NCBI GenBank assembly: GCA_963717525.1 | Contig: OY970343.1 | Coordinates: 672,001-736,000 of the forward strand | Length of the DNA stretch: 64,000 nucleotides | Source of the DNA: an uncultured Methanoregulaceae archaeon | GTDB taxonomy: Archaea > Halobacteriota > Methanomicrobia > Methanomicrobiales > Methanospirillaceae | Direction: 5' to 3' | Part shown: one piece after another, positions 61,975-64,000 of the stretch | How positions within the stretch are numbered: position 1 is the first letter of the stretch | How the letters are laid out: each line of letters opens with the position of its first letter | Notes under the pieces: model-generated | The model's input: the letters and a program-made list of their open reading frames with translations, nothing else | The model's database searches: none | What the model was told of the DNA's origin: nothing | Translations under genes and position numbers: made by a program

Positions 61975-63840
61975 ATGGGCTCTCTTTCTGTTGCCGTCAA
62001 CCTGCCGTTCAAACCCGAACCGGTTGATACCGATGTCGATCTCTACGCGGACCTCGAATCGGACGCGCTCTTCAAGATGCTGCCGGCAAATGCCAAAGAA
62101 TACGTACAGAATAGTCCCCACCTCCTCGAATACCTCCATACTTTCCCGGTAAATACCTATGGCATCCCGCTCTTTTTGTCGGAATTAAAAAAGGATGTCC
62201 GTTCCATGAAGAACCCGAACATCATCTACCCGGTCAACGATACAACATTTATCCATATCCTGCCGGACCCGGATGACGTCAGGAACTTCTACATACCCAT
62301 TGAACCCTCCTTCCTACATAGTGTCAGCGAGATCCTGCCTGCCATCGAGACCAAGCTTATCGACCTGATTGACGGCCTCGACACGGATCCGACCACGGAC
62401 AAGGAAAGGACGGACGTCATAAAAAAGATGCTCGCCTCGGTGGCAGTAATAAAATCTCCCGGCATGGACATCGCAAGCCTCACCCGCACAGAAAAAGATC
62501 AGAGTGCGGTTTCCAAACTGACCAAATTTCTCAACACGGATTTTACTGCACAGAATAAGATGAAATCCAATAAAAAGAGCAGGAATCTTCCCACAACACC
62601 GGATGGCAAGATCATTCTCACCAATTACGAGTACCAGGCAATAGAATATCTTCTTGTACGGGATAAGATCGATATGGGGGTCTTAAAACCGTTCCTCTCC
62701 GATCCATATATCGAAGATATTTCCTGCGACGGTGTCGGTCCGATCTTCATCGAGCATAAGATCTTCAAGGGGCTCAAATCGGTTATCGAGTTCAAGGTAT
62801 CGAGCGAACTGGATGAGTTCGTGGTCAAGGTGGCGGAACGGATAAAACGGCCGATCACGTACCGGAGCCCAATCGTTGATTCAACCCTCCCGGACGGTTC
62901 CCGTATTAACATCGTCTATGGGACCGAGATCAGCAAGCATGGCAGCAATTTTTCCATCCGTAAGGTAAATGAAGTGCCGCTTTCCATTCTCAACATCGTT
63001 GAGAGCAATGGCATCGATTACCTGGCTGCGGCATATCTTTGGATCTGTGTTGAATATGGCATGTCGCTGTTTGTAAGTGGTGAAACGGCAAGCGGTAAGA
63101 CCACGCTCCTTAATGCTATCACCACGTTCATTCCCCCGGAGAACAAGATCGTTACCATCGAGGATACCCCCGAGCTCAACGTGCCGCACCGGAACTGGAT
63201 CCGCGAGGTTGCTCTCGCTAAAGGCAAGGGTGAAGGATCCGGCGGTGGCGGGGAGGTTACCATGTTCGATCTCCTTAAGGCTGCCCTGCGTCAGCGCCCC
63301 AACCAGATCCTCGTCGGTGAGATTCGTGGGGTCGAGGGGAGCGTCGCATTTGGTGCGATGCAGACCGGTCACCCGGTGATGAGTACCTTCCACGCGGCAT
63401 CCGTGGAGAAACTGATCCAGCGTCTCTGCGGGGATCCTATCAATATCCCCAAGACCTACGTGGATAACCTCAATTTAGTTATCATCCAGAGTGCAGTCAA
63501 ACGGCCAGATGGGCAGGTTGTGCGCAGGATGATCAGCTGCAATGAACTGGTAGGATATAATGCCGAGACTGGCGGGTTCACTTTTGTCCAGATGTTTACC
63601 TGGGAACCGGTTTCCGACACGTTTGTCTGGACCGGGAAAGGCAGCTCGTTCCTTCTCGAAAACAAGATCGCTACCATGCTTGGTATACCGGACAGCAGGA
63701 AGGCGGAGATCTACCTTGAAGTGGAAAAACGCGCAAAAATTCTTGAACGCCTGCATAAAGCCGGTTACGTGAAGTTCTGGGATCTCTTCCACATGATGAC
63801 CAAGATCAAGAAACAGGGTCTCCTTACCATCGGTTCGTAA
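61975..63840 (+). CDS. arlI: Archaellum motor ATPase ArlI
   Basis: SGETASGKTT, TIEDTPE, LRQRPN.ILVGEIRG, QTGH..MSTFHA. Confidence 0.95.
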   Translation: MGSLSVAVNLPFKPEPVDTDVDLYADLESDALFKMLPANAKEYVQNSPHLLEYLHTFPVNTYGIPLFLSELKKDVRSMKNPNIIYPVNDTTFIHILPDPDDVRNFYIPIEPSFLHSVSEILPAIETKLIDLIDGLDTDPTTDKERTDVIKKMLASVAVIKSPGMDIASLTRTEKDQSAVSKLTKFLNTDFTAQNKMKSNKKSRNLPTTPDGKIILTNYEYQAIEYLLVRDKIDMGVLKPFLSDPYIEDISCDGVGPIFIEHKIFKGLKSVIEFKVSSELDEFVVKVAERIKRPITYRSPIVDSTLPDGSRINIVYGTEISKHGSNFSIRKVNEVPLSILNIVESNGIDYLAAAYLWICVEYGMSLFVSGETASGKTTLLNAITTFIPPENKIVTIEDTPELNVPHRNWIREVALAKGKGEGSGGGGEVTMFDLLKAALRQRPNQILVGEIRGVEGSVAFGAMQTGHPVMSTFHAASVEKLIQRLCGDPINIPKTYVDNLNLVIIQSAVKRPDGQVVRRMISCNELVGYNAETGGFTFVQMFTWEPVSDTFVWTGKGSSFLLENKIATMLGIPDSRKAEIYLEVEKRAKILERLHKAGYVKFWDLFHMMTKIKKQGLLTIGS

Positions 63841-63841
63841 T

Positions 63842-64000
63842 ATGCCCGAAGCGACCCCCGCCCCGGATACGTCCCACGTCCAATCCCCCAAAAAGCTCCC
63901 ATTTGCCGATCTCGTAAGCGAGCTCAAAGAGAAACTCGCCACGGTCCAGGAGAGCAAGAAGATGGGCGCGGATCTTCTGTTCATGACGACCTACATGGCA
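63842..64000 (+). CDS. arlJ: Archaellum platform protein ArlJ (partial, runs off the window)
   Basis: ATG right after arlI; MPEATP...GADLLFMTTYMA. Confidence 0.75.
   Translation, partial: MPEATPAPDTSHVQSPKKLPFADLVSELKEKLATVQESKKMGADLLFMTTYMA

Overview
A 64-kb piece of a methanogenic euryarchaeal chromosome, Methanomicrobiales and probably Methanoregula-like (inferred from gene content and order). Most of it is housekeeping: cdrS-ftsZ2, Alba, rps17e-dapA-dapB-ferredoxin-asd, pcn-priL, rlmE-moaA, psmB with aCPSF1/FttA, Sec61beta, cofE, a complete ACDS/CODH operon (two cooC-like genes, cdhABCDE, plus a RACo-type activator), the IMPase-NAD kinase-ACT-hom operon, eIF5A and the start of the archaellum cluster (arlB,B,CDE,G,F,H,I,J). 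A visibly more A/T-rich accessory block follows tRNA-Leu(TAG), about 41.0-50.4 kb. It holds a very large secreted IPT/TIG + clan-CD (C13-like) cysteine peptidase + PEGA protein, a divergent C-terminally anchored surface protein, a CPBP/CAAX intramembrane protease, and a duplicated G/C-palindromic element with ORB-like boxes next to a type IV pilin. Nine genes carry apparent 1-bp frameshifts (ten breaks), six of which can be placed at a CCGG site; these are most likely sequencing or assembly errors and could reflect DNA methylation. Non-coding candidates include a phased GACA array before cdrS, a structured leader of about 280 nt before a coiled-coil gene, and interlocked inverted repeats at 15.47-15.52 kb. 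All calls come from reading motifs by eye; no database searches were run.
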